64,000 nucleotides of DNA from positions 32,001-96,000 of the forward strand of contig CBDDEL010000010.1 in assembly GCA_965226885.1 (NCBI GenBank), read 5' to 3'. Positions within the stretch are counted from its first letter, which is position 1. Every line of letters starts with the position of its first letter. Below the pieces are notes generated by a model. It had not been told where the DNA came from. It ran no database searches and saw only the letters and a program-made list of their open reading frames with translations. The stretch comes from Opitutales bacterium. Its GTDB lineage: Bacteria; Verrucomicrobiota; Verrucomicrobiia; Opitutales; UBA2987. This document shows positions 9,695 through 20,228 of this stretch, piece by piece. A program made the position numbers and the translations under genes.

Positions 9695-11833
9695 TTAATT
9701 TTTGACAAAAAAATTAATGAGATTTTTTCGGATTTTTTTATATAAAAAAGGAAATTTTAGCAGATGATAATAATTGTTTTGAATATCTGTTAAGTGATCG
9801 GAATGCCCATTGCCTTTGCTATCTTTTGATAGACTTTTTTTCAAGCAATAAAGCTCGTTGTTTAAAGCATCATTGAGTTGGTCAACACCGAGGAAAGATT
9901 CCGTTATATTTTCCCCTAATTGACCCAACTCATTGATAATAAGTTCAATGCTTTTCATATGAGAGTAATAGTATTTAAAAGGAGACGGTGAGCGTCCCGC
10001 ATGCGGCGGCAGTCGTTTCTGGAAGAGACATTTGGGTATCACTCCCAGGTCGTGACCTTGCAGAGTAAAACGGACAAAAAATTCCCATTCCGGAGTGATG
10101 TTTTCAGGATCGGAGGTAAAGCCGCCCAATGATTGAAACACTTTGCTTTGAATGATGAAAACTTTTTCTCCGAAGCAGTTTTGCAGTAATCCGATTTCTG
10201 GTGAGGATCCAAGGAAATACCTGGATTGCCAAATGTTTTTGGGTGAACTTCCGTTCTTGGAAATCAGGTGGTAGTAAGAAGTCATGGCATCGGATTGACT
10301 ACTGCAGATTGCGTTTTGCATAGTTTCGACCATATCGGGTTCGGCCAGGCAATCATCCTCCATGAAAATCAGATAATCAGATTCAAATTGGGATAATTCG
10401 ATAGGGCGATTTTGAAAGCTCCAACCGTCCCTTTTAAAAGCATTTTTCAGGGAATTTAACACTGCATCACTTTTTCTGTCGGCATGTACAATGAGGTTGA
10501 AATTTTGACTGGATTGTTTTTCGAGCGAATGGAGGGATTTTTCAAGTTGGCCATTTTCCTTGCTTTGAGTGAGCAGGACGGAGGTGTTTGCTTCGGAGGA
10601 GGCCGTGGCAATAGCAGGGCCTTTTTTTAAGGCGTTGATCTCATCTTCAAGAAACTTGATAAATTGCCCCCATCCTTTTTCCGCTTTCTCCCGGCTATAA
10701 CGTTTGTAGGAGAGTTCGGCTAATTCGCCGTTGAAAGCCTGAGTTAATTTATTTAAGACACCTTGCGGCGTGGGCGGGGACAAGCGTTCCATGCTTCCAA
10801 ACAATTCCGGAATTCCGCCTGTGTGGGTTGAGATCACATTCAAGCCCATTTCAAGAGATTCGATTACGGTATAGGGAGAATTATCTACTAAAGAGGGGAT
10901 TACGACGAGTGCATCGGAATGCTCTCTCAAGTAATTTGTGGCTTGAAAATGATCGAAATCGGTATGGAATTCCCAAACAAAATTTTTGGGGAAACTAGAT
11001 TGATGGTTTCTCAGGTAATCCAACCCCTCCGGGCCATAGGAAAGGTTTGGCTTACCGAGAAAAGTGATTTTAAGATTTTTTTTCTGAAATTCCTTTTTTG
11101 CCGCTAGCAAGGCCAGGGCGTCGACGAATATTTCAAGACCTTTGCGGGTCTCCAGACGGCCAAAAAATATGAGGTGTTTTTTATTAAATTCTCTGACCGG
11201 CGCCTTTTCGATATTATCAATCAAAAGTGGAATGGCCCGCGCTTTATTTTTAATATTCCATCCCTGATCCAAAACGTAATCGAGCATGTAATTGACCGGA
11301 GTGACAATATGGTCGCACATTTCGGCTGTTTTCCTTTCCATGAAATCCATGTGCAGGTCTTTGCCGCCGGCATGGGAATAAACGCGATTTGCCTGTCGAA
11401 TCCATTTGCTGGGAGAATGAATGGTGCATGTAAACAGGGTGCTGCGAAAATGCAGACCTGCTTTTTTTGCCAAGGCAGAAACAAAGCCGGTGGCATTATT
11501 TTCCTGAAAGTGGCAGATATCATAAGAACACTGGCTCAATCGCTGGTAAAGGTTCAAGGACCAATCATGACCATAATGCATGTTCCCTAGGCTGGGTGTC
11601 TCGGAAAAAGCCGGGTAGTCCATGAAGTGCTCGAATGAGATATCGAGTTCATCTTTGAAGTAAGAACTCCAGTATTGTGAGTCTTTTTCCATTAATACAG
11701 GAGTACCAAGCAATACGGTGACCTCGTGTTGCAGGTTTTTGCGAAGAAATTTGGCCAGATAATAGCAGTGAGTGCCAATCCCGCCATTTTTTGTCGGGCC
11801 AGCCATCTCCATTGTAATTATGCAATGTTTCAT
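9695..11833 (-). CDS. GT4 plus degenerate GT2 glycosyltransferase, paralog 3
   Basis: Colinear with 7446-9641. The GT2 DxD position reads FMEDDC. Confidence 0.88.
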   Translation of the reverse strand: MKHCIITMEMAGPTKNGGIGTHCYYLAKFLRKNLQHEVTVLLGTPVLMEKDSQYWSSYFKDELDISFEHFMDYPAFSETPSLGNMHYGHDWSLNLYQRLSQCSYDICHFQENNATGFVSALAKKAGLHFRSTLFTCTIHSPSKWIRQANRVYSHAGGKDLHMDFMERKTAEMCDHIVTPVNYMLDYVLDQGWNIKNKARAIPLLIDNIEKAPVREFNKKHLIFFGRLETRKGLEIFVDALALLAAKKEFQKKNLKITFLGKPNLSYGPEGLDYLRNHQSSFPKNFVWEFHTDFDHFQATNYLREHSDALVVIPSLVDNSPYTVIESLEMGLNVISTHTGGIPELFGSMERLSPPTPQGVLNKLTQAFNGELAELSYKRYSREKAEKGWGQFIKFLEDEINALKKGPAIATASSEANTSVLLTQSKENGQLEKSLHSLEKQSSQNFNLIVHADRKSDAVLNSLKNAFKRDGWSFQNRPIELSQFESDYLIFMEDDCLAEPDMVETMQNAICSSQSDAMTSYYHLISKNGSSPKNIWQSRYFLGSSPEIGLLQNCFGEKVFIIQSKVFQSLGGFTSDPENITPEWEFFVRFTLQGHDLGVIPKCLFQKRLPPHAGRSPSPFKYYYSHMKSIELIINELGQLGENITESFLGVDQLNDALNNELYCLKKSLSKDSKGNGHSDHLTDIQNNYYHLLKFPFLYKKIRKNLINFFVKN

Positions 11834-11881
11834 GCAAGTTAAGCTCAGGAGTGAGATTGATTTAGAGGCGTATCCTTTAAA

Positions 11882-12532
11882 TTAAGGTTTGTTTTCAGTT
11901 CCGTTAGGCTTTATTTTTTTACCCAGTAACCTGTGACCTGAAGCGGCGCTAGGCACGCAATTGGTCGAATGGACGCACAGATAACGCAACAATGGAAAAA
12001 GAAAGAACCTTAATGTTTTATAAAGTAAAGTAGGTTGAGACCAGAGCCAGCGCTCAGAGATCCAGGCCAAAGTATGGTAAATATTGTGCACCGGCTCAAC
12101 TATTATCACCTCGAAGCCATGATTTTCGGCCAGTTTAGTTATCCCATCCTTGGTATATCTCTGGAAGTCGGTGGGGTCGAGATGCTCGGGTTGCAAAAAG
12201 GGGATGACCAGATAGAGAATGCCGTTGGGTTTTAATACCCGGAAAAACTCCGTCATGACTTCGTCTGGATTGGCTACATGTTCCAGCACGGCGTTGCATA
12301 TTATAGTGTCAAAAAACCCGTCCTCCTTGGGGATTTTGTGCAATGGGGAGTATATGTCGATGTTGGTGTTGTGGGTGCCCTCTTCGATGTCCTGGTTGAA
12401 CAATTCTCCATCCACGAGGTCGGAAATATCTCTGGCCCCGGCACCCGCGTTGAGGACTTTGCCAGTAAAATATTTTTTGTATTCCCCAATTTCTTCGTCA
12501 ATATCGGGCCAAACGACGGCGTAATTTTTCAT
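11882..12532 (-). CDS. Class I SAM-dependent methyltransferase (Methyltransf_11-like)
   Basis: VLNAGAG, VLEHV, RVLKPNG, PFLQPEH and DFQRYT, a type common in glycan loci. Confidence 0.85.
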   Translation of the reverse strand: MKNYAVVWPDIDEEIGEYKKYFTGKVLNAGAGARDISDLVDGELFNQDIEEGTHNTNIDIYSPLHKIPKEDGFFDTIICNAVLEHVANPDEVMTEFFRVLKPNGILYLVIPFLQPEHLDPTDFQRYTKDGITKLAENHGFEVIIVEPVHNIYHTLAWISERWLWSQPTLLYKTLRFFLFPLLRYLCVHSTNCVPSAASGHRLLGKKIKPNGTENKP

Positions 12533-12825
12533 TGATAAGCAAGCATGGATCCAGTGTTAAAAAATAACAAGGCCGGTTGTTTTCGGGCCATGTTTTCGAG
12601 CTGTTTGATTTTCGCTCCCGGCGGCAATTGTCAACCTGAATCTGACCGTATCCGAGCTGGTATTGAGGAAAAATTCATAAATAACGATGCTCCAACCGGA
12701 CATAATGGCCCCATTTTTGATTGGAATGGTTCTAATTTTTGGTCTCAAGACCGCTTTCTTGGTTGGAAAATGGAAATAAATTTAGCATTTATAGTTATTC
12801 GATGATGTTGAAAACCGATTTTTTC

Positions 12826-14211
12826 ATGAAATCCATTTTGACCATTCAGCGGCGTCTAGATTGGGGTATAGTCCGGTCGGCGGCTTGTTTTTGCGCTTGT
12901 TTCGGGGCTGCCGGGGCTATGGCGGCGCCTCAAGTCTTGCCGGAGGGTCTTTTCCCTGAACTCAATGCTTTGCTGGCGGTAGCCTTGAAGCAGTCACCCA
13001 CCATCGATATGGGTCGAATGAGGGTTGACGAGGCCGAAGGCAATCTTGAGAGCGCCGAGGGTCGGCGAAAAATACACCTCAACACCTATGGCCGGGCCAC
13101 CGTCAGAAATCAGAATCGCGATGACATTAGCGGCGACACCACACAGGGCCTGCTTTATGCCAACCTGCAGTTAACGAAGCCTCTTTTCCATTGGGGAAGC
13201 TTGCAGGCAGGCGAGGAAATGGGGGAGCTTCGTTTCGATCAGGCATTGGGCAGTCTTTTTACGATCAAGGAGAATCTACTGGTCGATGTGAGGAACCTCT
13301 ACCTGCAATTGGCCTTTACCCGGCAATCTCGAGGGCTCCATGAAAAAAATCTGGAGCTGGGGGAAAAGCTGATCGGCAATCAGGAGCGTTTGCTCGACCT
13401 GGGGCAGACCACGCCACAACAATTATTGGAAACCCGCCTCTTGCTGCACCAGTTTGAGGAAAATTTGCTCTCGACCGAAAAATACATTTATTATCTTGAA
13501 GATCGCCTCGGGGAAGCCACCGGGACAACGATTTTGCCGGGAGCATTGGGCAATTTGCCATTTCCGCCGGTCATGCCCCTGGTAGAGCTAGAAGCGGAAC
13601 GCATCCGGCAGGTTTTGCACAACTCGCTTCCTCAGGCTCCCAGCATCTTGCACTGGCGAAAAAACCTTGAGATCGAAAAACTTAACTGGAAAGCCCTGCG
13701 GCAGCGTACTAAGCCTAAATTGGACCTGGTGCTGGGCGCTTTTCAGGATCAGGTAGATACGGTTTCGACGGATCAATTTGTCAATCGTTTCAATTATTTT
13801 GCCGGGTTTCAGGTCAACTGGAATATCTTTGACGGTTTTGAAACCAGAGGAAAGCTCACCAGTTCCCGCGCCCGGCAGCGAATTTATGAATTGCAGATGG
13901 AGCAGGCCGAGAGGGCGCTGGCCCAGGAAGGGCGCCAGTTCTTGCGGGAAATCCTCTTCCTCGAACGCCAAATGGCCAATCGCGAAAAAAAGCTCTCCCT
14001 TTTACGTCAACAAATCGCCCTTAAAGAAAAACAGGTTGAGGAAGGGCTTATCCCGGCTAATGAATATATTCGGGAAACTATTGATTTTGAAAATGCCAAT
14101 ATCGAACTTATGCGAACCAAGGTCGATTACTTGTTGGGCATATCTAGGCTTTATATTGTGATGGGCGAGGATCCGTTTTTACAGCAGCGTCCCGAAGCGA
14201 TCAAGCCTTGA
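12826..14211 (+). CDS. TolC-family outer-membrane efflux protein
   Basis: Signal-like N-terminus, LTKPLFHWG and VNWNIFDGF barrel motifs, long helices. Start uncertain (12802 or 12826). Confidence 0.85.
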   Translation: MKSILTIQRRLDWGIVRSAACFCACFGAAGAMAAPQVLPEGLFPELNALLAVALKQSPTIDMGRMRVDEAEGNLESAEGRRKIHLNTYGRATVRNQNRDDISGDTTQGLLYANLQLTKPLFHWGSLQAGEEMGELRFDQALGSLFTIKENLLVDVRNLYLQLAFTRQSRGLHEKNLELGEKLIGNQERLLDLGQTTPQQLLETRLLLHQFEENLLSTEKYIYYLEDRLGEATGTTILPGALGNLPFPPVMPLVELEAERIRQVLHNSLPQAPSILHWRKNLEIEKLNWKALRQRTKPKLDLVLGAFQDQVDTVSTDQFVNRFNYFAGFQVNWNIFDGFETRGKLTSSRARQRIYELQMEQAERALAQEGRQFLREILFLERQMANREKKLSLLRQQIALKEKQVEEGLIPANEYIRETIDFENANIELMRTKVDYLLGISRLYIVMGEDPFLQQRPEAIKP

Positions 14212-14240
14212 CCGGAGGTATTGCTTTTTTTTGTGAAATT

Positions 14241-15356
14241 ATGAAAATTTTAACCCGAAGCATCCTTGTTTTTTTAATATTGGGGGGAGTGGTTTACTTC
14301 CTCATCGGCCGCTTGCAGGTGGAGGTTCCGGTAACCCAGGCCGTCACCGGGACGGCGGTAGACGCGGTCACCGGCATCATCAAAGTGGTTCCTTCGGTCG
14401 AAATCAGGCTGAAGACGGAAATCCAGGGCCGGGTGTTGGAGACGCCGGCTAAATTGGGCCAATCCTTCAAAAAAGGAGATGTGCTGGTGGTGCTGGGTAC
14501 TGCCGACCTGGAGATCAATCTGGCCATGAAGGAAATTCAGCTCGAAGCCGGGGTGGCGCGGGCCAAGGCAGGATTTACCCAGGAGTTGGATATCGCCAAT
14601 CTGGAGGGAGAGATTCTCAAAATCGCTGAGATGCAGGAATTCGGCCAATCCTCGGTATCCGATCTGGAGAAGCGCAAACGGGAATTGGGAAAACTGGAAA
14701 TCTGGCTGCAGAGGGAAAAAATCAATCGAACGGAAACCCTCGAATTGCTCGGGCATCAAATAATGCAGCTTCAGGCTCAAATTGAGAAATCCAAAATACG
14801 GGCGCCTTTTGACGGTCTCGTAACCGAACTCCTTGTTATCCCCGGAGACATTATTTTTCCGGGCAACGCAGTGGGCCGTCTGATTTCGCACAAAAGGGCA
14901 GTGCACCTGACCTTGAGCGAGGAAGATTTCGAAAATGTGGAAAAAGGCCTGGAAGCCACCATGCGTTTTGCCAGTTACCCAAATCTACCGATCCGGGGGG
15001 AGGTGAATTTTCTCGCCCCGACTGCCGATCCCGATCAGAAAAATCGTCTTGTTTTCCTGGAGGCCGATGCACCCCCTGAACTGCTGGTCTCCGGTCTCAC
15101 GGGAGAAGCGATCCTCATAAAGGCCCGTCGTGAAGGCGCTATTCTGATCCCCCGCCGAGGCCTGATTGGAAACAGGGTCTATGTAATTTCTGATAATCAA
15201 GTGGAAATCAGGAAAGTCCGGTCCGGCTTTGCCGGCCTCAACAAGGCTGAAATTCTTGAAGGGTTGGAACCCGGGGAATGGGTCGTGCTGGAGGATCAGA
15301 GTTCTTTGCGCGCCGGGCAAAAGGTTAAACCCATGCCGGAGCCAGTGGAAAATTAA
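14241..15356 (+). CDS. Efflux periplasmic adaptor (MFP, MacA/HlyD-like)
   Basis: N-terminal TM, lipoyl halves (GRV..KKGDVL; IRAPFDGLV), C-terminal EILEGLEPGEWVV. Confidence 0.88.
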   Translation: MKILTRSILVFLILGGVVYFLIGRLQVEVPVTQAVTGTAVDAVTGIIKVVPSVEIRLKTEIQGRVLETPAKLGQSFKKGDVLVVLGTADLEINLAMKEIQLEAGVARAKAGFTQELDIANLEGEILKIAEMQEFGQSSVSDLEKRKRELGKLEIWLQREKINRTETLELLGHQIMQLQAQIEKSKIRAPFDGLVTELLVIPGDIIFPGNAVGRLISHKRAVHLTLSEEDFENVEKGLEATMRFASYPNLPIRGEVNFLAPTADPDQKNRLVFLEADAPPELLVSGLTGEAILIKARREGAILIPRRGLIGNRVYVISDNQVEIRKVRSGFAGLNKAEILEGLEPGEWVVLEDQSSLRAGQKVKPMPEPVEN

Positions 15357-15456
15357 TGGAACATGCACTTATGCAAATATTATCGGCTATGATGAGGGAC
15401 ACCAAAATGCAGAAAATAGTAGTCAGGATTTCCCAAACCAGTTTCCCACATATTGC

Positions 15457-16707
15457 ATGAAGTGTAATTTTCAAATCGCCATTCGCTTCCTTCTGGCAAA
15501 AAAGAGGGCTATGTTGATGACCCTTGCCGGGATCGTCTTCGGGGTGGCTTTTTTCATCGTCACCCAGGCCCAGACACACGGGTTTGAAGATTTTTTTATC
15601 CGCACCGTGCTGGGCGCCAACGGTGCGCTGCGGGTGCAGGACAAATTCCAGAATCCCGTTACCAGCCTGATGGCTGATGGCGGGGATTCAACCGAAGGTT
15701 TTCAGGTCCCTCTGAAGGAGGGACGCACTTATATCTCCGGTATCGCCCATCCTGCCGCATTAACAGAATCAGTGAAGAAATTTTCCAGTGTGTCCGGTGT
15801 ATCGGAGGTGTTGGCCGGCAGGGCTTCTGTCAGTAGCGGTTTCAGAAGTTTGAAAACGGAGGTTCTTGGAATCCGCATGGACGACCATCTTTCCGTAACC
15901 GATCTTGCCAAGCAGATCCGTTTCGGCAGCCTGGCCCGCTACGGCGAAGAACCGAAAGGCATCCTCATAGGCGTTCGTCTTGCCGGCCGATTGCAGATAG
16001 ATGTCGGCGACACTCTATTTTTGGAGTATATGGGTGCCAGGCGTCGTTTCCGGTTGACCGGGATTTTTGAAACCGGCGTCGGCCAATACGACTTGGCGCG
16101 AACTTTTATCCATCTTGAGGAAGCCCGTTTATTGTTCAACAAGCCCTATGGAAGCAGCTATTTGCAGGTATCGCTTTTTGATCCAGAGAAGGCCCCACAA
16201 GTGGCTCTGCACCTGGAGGAGACTCTTCAGCATAACGTCGATAGCTGGCAGGAGCGGGAAAAGACCTGGCTGGAAGTGTTTCGCGTCCTGCGTTTTTCAT
16301 CGGGTATTACCATGGCCTCGATTATTGTCATCGCCGGGCTGGGTATGTTCAACACCCTGGCCATGATCGTGATGGAGCGTCAGCGCGAAATCGCCATCTT
16401 GCGCTCAATCGGCTACACTCGGGGGGATATCATTTCCATTTTCCTGCAACAGGGAATGGCCGTTCTGTTGGCCGGTATTTTATTGGGATGGATTCTGGCT
16501 CTGGCCTTGACCTATGGCGTTTCCAGCTTGCCCATACATATTCGGGGGGTTTTCTCGGCCGATACTTTTGTCGTAAAATGGTCGCTTTCCCATTACCTCT
16601 GGGGGGGCTTTATTGCGGCCATGGTAATTTTTCTGGCCAGCTTTTTACCGGCCCGAAGAGCAGCCCGCATCGATCCAGGCGAAGTTATCCGGAGGATGGG
16701 CGGATGA
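15457..16707 (+). CDS. ABC transporter permease, LolC/E-MacB/FtsX family
   Basis: TM1, large periplasmic domain, then 3 TMs. ERQREIAILRSIG and PARRAARIDP motifs. ATG at 15457 preferred over the track start. Confidence 0.9.
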   Translation: MKCNFQIAIRFLLAKKRAMLMTLAGIVFGVAFFIVTQAQTHGFEDFFIRTVLGANGALRVQDKFQNPVTSLMADGGDSTEGFQVPLKEGRTYISGIAHPAALTESVKKFSSVSGVSEVLAGRASVSSGFRSLKTEVLGIRMDDHLSVTDLAKQIRFGSLARYGEEPKGILIGVRLAGRLQIDVGDTLFLEYMGARRRFRLTGIFETGVGQYDLARTFIHLEEARLLFNKPYGSSYLQVSLFDPEKAPQVALHLEETLQHNVDSWQEREKTWLEVFRVLRFSSGITMASIIVIAGLGMFNTLAMIVMERQREIAILRSIGYTRGDIISIFLQQGMAVLLAGILLGWILALALTYGVSSLPIHIRGVFSADTFVVKWSLSHYLWGGFIAAMVIFLASFLPARRAARIDPGEVIRRMGG

Positions 16708-18194
16708 CGGAAACTGCACAGGTTAACGGAGATGGCATTGTCCTTAAAACCAGCAATTTGCATCGTTGGCTGGGAAAAGAGGAAAATCGTGTTCATGCCT
16801 TGAGGGGAGTCAGTCTTTCCTTGGAAGCGGGAAAAATCCATGCCGTGGTGGGGCCCAGCGGCTGCGGAAAAAGTACCTTGCTTTATTTGCTCGGTTTGCT
16901 GGATCGGCCCGATGAGGGCGACATCTGGCTCCATGAAAAACGTATGTCGGCGGCCTCTGAAGACCAGCGCACCCCATTTCGCAACGAACATATCGGATTC
17001 GTTTTTCAGTTTCATTTCCTCATGCCCGAATTTACGGCGGCGGAAAACATCATGCTGCCCATGCGCAAGCTCAACCGCCTTTCGGAAAAAGAAATGAAGG
17101 AGCGCACCAGGCAAATACTGCAGGATATCGACCTTGAGGATAAAGGCGATCGACTGGCCTATCATCTTTCCGGCGGAGAGCAGCAAAGAGTGGCCGTGGG
17201 GCGGGCCCTGGCCAACTTTCCCGGCCTTCTCCTGGCCGATGAGCCGACCGGCAATCTGGACCGGAAAAATTCCGACAGCATCTTCGGATTACTCTGTCGA
17301 TTGGCTCGTGAAAAGGACATGGCTGTGCTCATCGTGACCCACAATCTGGAACTTGCCCGGCAATGCGACCGCACCTTTTCCCTGGTTGACGGCAGTTTGA
17401 TATCCCAACCGCAATTCGGTTATGAGGGTAAAAAACCGAGCATTTCATATTTTATTTGCACAACCCAGAGATCGGGCACCCATTTACTCAATGAAGCGTT
17501 AAGAAATACGGGGCTGGGGGGAAGACCGGGGGAATGGCTGGAACCTGAATTTAAGACTGGACGACATCCTATTGTGGAGTTATTGCCTGACCAGCCGGAT
17601 AAATTTCTGGACTATATATTCGATAAAGGAATGGGGCCCAACGGCGTCTTCGGCTGCAATGTATTTTCGTGGAGCCAACGACCTTTCTCCAAATACATTA
17701 ATTTGTTGGAGACAATACCCCACTGTGAAAAAGCAAAAGGCATTGACGCCTTGAAGAAGATTTTTCCTAACCTTCACTTTATCCATTTAACCCGAAGAAA
17801 TAGGTTGCGCCAGGCGATTTCGGTGGTCAAAGCCCGCCAGACAGATATATTTTCAAAATTGAAAGGCATCGAAAAAAAATACGAAAAAGAACCTGCTTAC
17901 AACTATGAAGAAATTAAATATTGGCGAGAATATTTGGATAAAAGCGATATTTATTGGGATGGGTTTTTTCACGGAATAGGGATTGAGCCATTCCGGGTTG
18001 TCTATGAGGATTTGGTTGAGAATTACGAGGAGACCGCCCTTGTCATCCTCGATTTTCTGGGTATCAAGCATCCTCCCGATTTGCAGTTCGCGCCCCGATA
18101 CTTTTTAAAGCAGGCTGACCATATTAACGATGAATGGGAGCAAAAATTCCTTGCGGCCGAGGCCGAATCTTCAATAGAAAACTTCGGCCCCTGA
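16704..18194 (+). CDS. LolD/MacB-type ABC ATPase fused to a C-terminal Stf0-family sulfotransferase
   Basis: ATPase: GPSGCGKS, LSGGEQQR, LLADEPTGNLD, VTH. Sulfotransferase: YFICTTQRSGTHLL, RRNRLRQAIS, YEDL, KQAD..NDEW. ATGA overlap with the permease. Confidence 0.85.
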   Translation: MTETAQVNGDGIVLKTSNLHRWLGKEENRVHALRGVSLSLEAGKIHAVVGPSGCGKSTLLYLLGLLDRPDEGDIWLHEKRMSAASEDQRTPFRNEHIGFVFQFHFLMPEFTAAENIMLPMRKLNRLSEKEMKERTRQILQDIDLEDKGDRLAYHLSGGEQQRVAVGRALANFPGLLLADEPTGNLDRKNSDSIFGLLCRLAREKDMAVLIVTHNLELARQCDRTFSLVDGSLISQPQFGYEGKKPSISYFICTTQRSGTHLLNEALRNTGLGGRPGEWLEPEFKTGRHPIVELLPDQPDKFLDYIFDKGMGPNGVFGCNVFSWSQRPFSKYINLLETIPHCEKAKGIDALKKIFPNLHFIHLTRRNRLRQAISVVKARQTDIFSKLKGIEKKYEKEPAYNYEEIKYWREYLDKSDIYWDGFFHGIGIEPFRVVYEDLVENYEETALVILDFLGIKHPPDLQFAPRYFLKQADHINDEWEQKFLAAEAESSIENFGP

Positions 18195-18339
18195 GAGGCC
18201 GCGATGTTTCTTTTTCTCTGGAAAAAGCAATCCGTTCACTGTATCGAACTTTTACAATACAATATAGGTCTCCGCGACTAAGTGGTATTAAATATCTGTA
18301 TTTTAATGATAATTATTCCGAATCAAAAAAACGATCATG

Positions 18340-18872
18340 GAATGGAATTGAAGCGTCCCGGGATAGAGCTTGTAAACCCGATCCTCTATGGTGGTTTGGA
18401 CAAGATCGGGAAAGAACACACAACTGGCACTGTTAATTTTCGAGGGTGCCGTCGCCAATGGAAAAGTTTTTGGGGTGGCTTGTTTTTTCTGGCTGCCTTG
18501 CTCGTTTCTCCCGCCATTGTCCGTGGGCACCACCCACATGATGTGGTCGATTCCTTTGCCGTCTCCCCGAATTATTCCCAGGAAGAAACCCTGTTTTTTG
18601 CCTCAAAAAGATCCATCAACCTGTCCATGCCCAGCCAGGATGGAGGTTTTCCCTGGGAGTTGGCCCGGTCGGGGATGAGATCGACGCAGAGTAGCTCCAT
18701 CGTTGTTGATACGAACTTGGGTTATTCTGGAGCCGCTTATGTGGTGGCCGCGGACGATTTGGAAATCCGTGTTCTCGGGAAAAAAAATCCGGAGTCCTCC
18801 GGTGCGAAGGTGGCAATCGATGCCATAGAGGTCGTCTTTCGGGATCCCACTAAGGGCCTGGTCAAACTGTAG
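18340..18872 (+). pseudogene. Probable internally deleted remnant of a large secreted BNR/beta-propeller protein
   Basis: Signal-like segment, then HHPHDVVDSFAVSPNY and one SxDGG BNR-like motif, then an abrupt C-terminal-type strand EIRVLGKKNPESSGAKVAIDAIEV. Start uncertain. Confidence 0.4.
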
Positions 18873-18917
18873 GGTATTTCACTCGCGAAATGTAGTGGAA
18901 AGTTTTGCATTTGGTTT

Positions 18918-19426
18918 ATGAAGCCCAAGTTATGTTATTTCATCTGCACCACGCAAAGGGCGGGCACTCACTTGCTCAATGAGGCATTGAGGACCACTGG
19001 GTTGGCCGGAAACCCCGGGGAGTGGCTGGAACCTGATTTTGAAACCGGACGCCACCATCTGCGGGAGCTTTTGCCGGACAAACCCGACGAATACCTGAAC
19101 TACCTATACCAAAATGGAACCGGATCGAATGGGGTTTTCGGGTGCAATGCGTTCTGGTGGGGTTGTTGCAGCTTTAATAAATGCCTGGAGTTGCTGGAAG
19201 CCATGCCCGTATGTGAAAATCTCCGGGGTATCAATGCCTTGAATAAAATTTTTCCCAAACTCCGATTTATCCATTTAATCCGTCAAAACAAACTTCGTCA
19301 GGCCATATCCAGTGTGAAAGCGCGGCAAACGAATGTTTACTCACAATGGCGGGGACTGGAGTTCAATAAAAACGAACGAGAGCCCGAATTCATCTACCGG
19401 GACATCAAAAAGAGGTTAAATTTTGC
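18918..19426 (+). pseudogene. Second Stf0-family sulfotransferase, 3' truncated by IS1
   Basis: Closely similar to the fused domain (YFICTTQRAGTHLLNEALR..GEWLEP). The ORF runs into the IS1 end at 19427 and the YEDL/KQAD part is missing. Confidence 0.85.
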
Positions 19427-20228
19427 GGTAGTGTATTAAGTAGGAATGGTGGCTAATTCCTGATTATATTGATGAATGAAAAGTCTCAGACAGGTTTCAT
19501 GCATACTCTTAAGCTTGGAAAAGGAGAGGGTTTTGCGTGTGAAACGACCCAGTCGTTGGCGCAGGGTATTGTTCCATCGTTCCACATGGGCCGTTTCACC
19601 GGTTTCTTTTCCCACGGATCGGTTATGAGGAAAGACTTCATCATAAGTGCTCCAAAAGTCGCTGTAGGTGGCACATCTTTTGTAGGCCCGTGGCAGACGC
19701 TCGTAAAGTTCCCGGCAACGATACCAATCCCGAGGCCCAATGGCATAGGAGAGGATTTGACGGGTGCGTCGGCAAAGAGCGATCCAAACCCATTGGGCAT
19801 CGCTCTTGCGCCCCACAAAAGACCACAGTTCGTCCAGTTCAATGACATCATGGCGGCGGGCCGCAAGAATCGTGCTTTTGAGCGGTCGCAGCGATTGTCG
19901 TTTTTTTTAACCAACTCAAAACGGTGTTGGGACTCACCCCGAAGGCGCGCTGTAAACCGCGTAGACTGCTGCGTTCCTGATAGACTCGAAGGATCATTTC
20001 TTTTTGCTCTTCGGTGTATTTCACTGTGGGGTTTTCGCGGCTTTGTTTACCACAATCATGGCAGCGGTAGCGCTGTTTATGGTTGGGCGTCTTGCCAAAT
20101 TTAATGATATTTTCACTTCCACAGTGCCGACAATTAATAATTTTAGTAACCATGCACTAAAAATAAACTGCCTAACGCTATTTGTACAGCTAAAAATACA
20201 AAATAACATTCTTTTTTTATACACTACC
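19427..20228 (-). mobile_element. IS1-family element, copy 1 (802 bp; insA 19848-20153, insB reached by -1 frameshift)
   Basis: TIRs GGTAGTGTAT/ATACACTACC. InsA zinc ribbon CRHC..CHDC. InsB WIAL..SDFW..ERWN. A8C slippery run at 19900-19908. No TSD. Confidence 0.93.
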
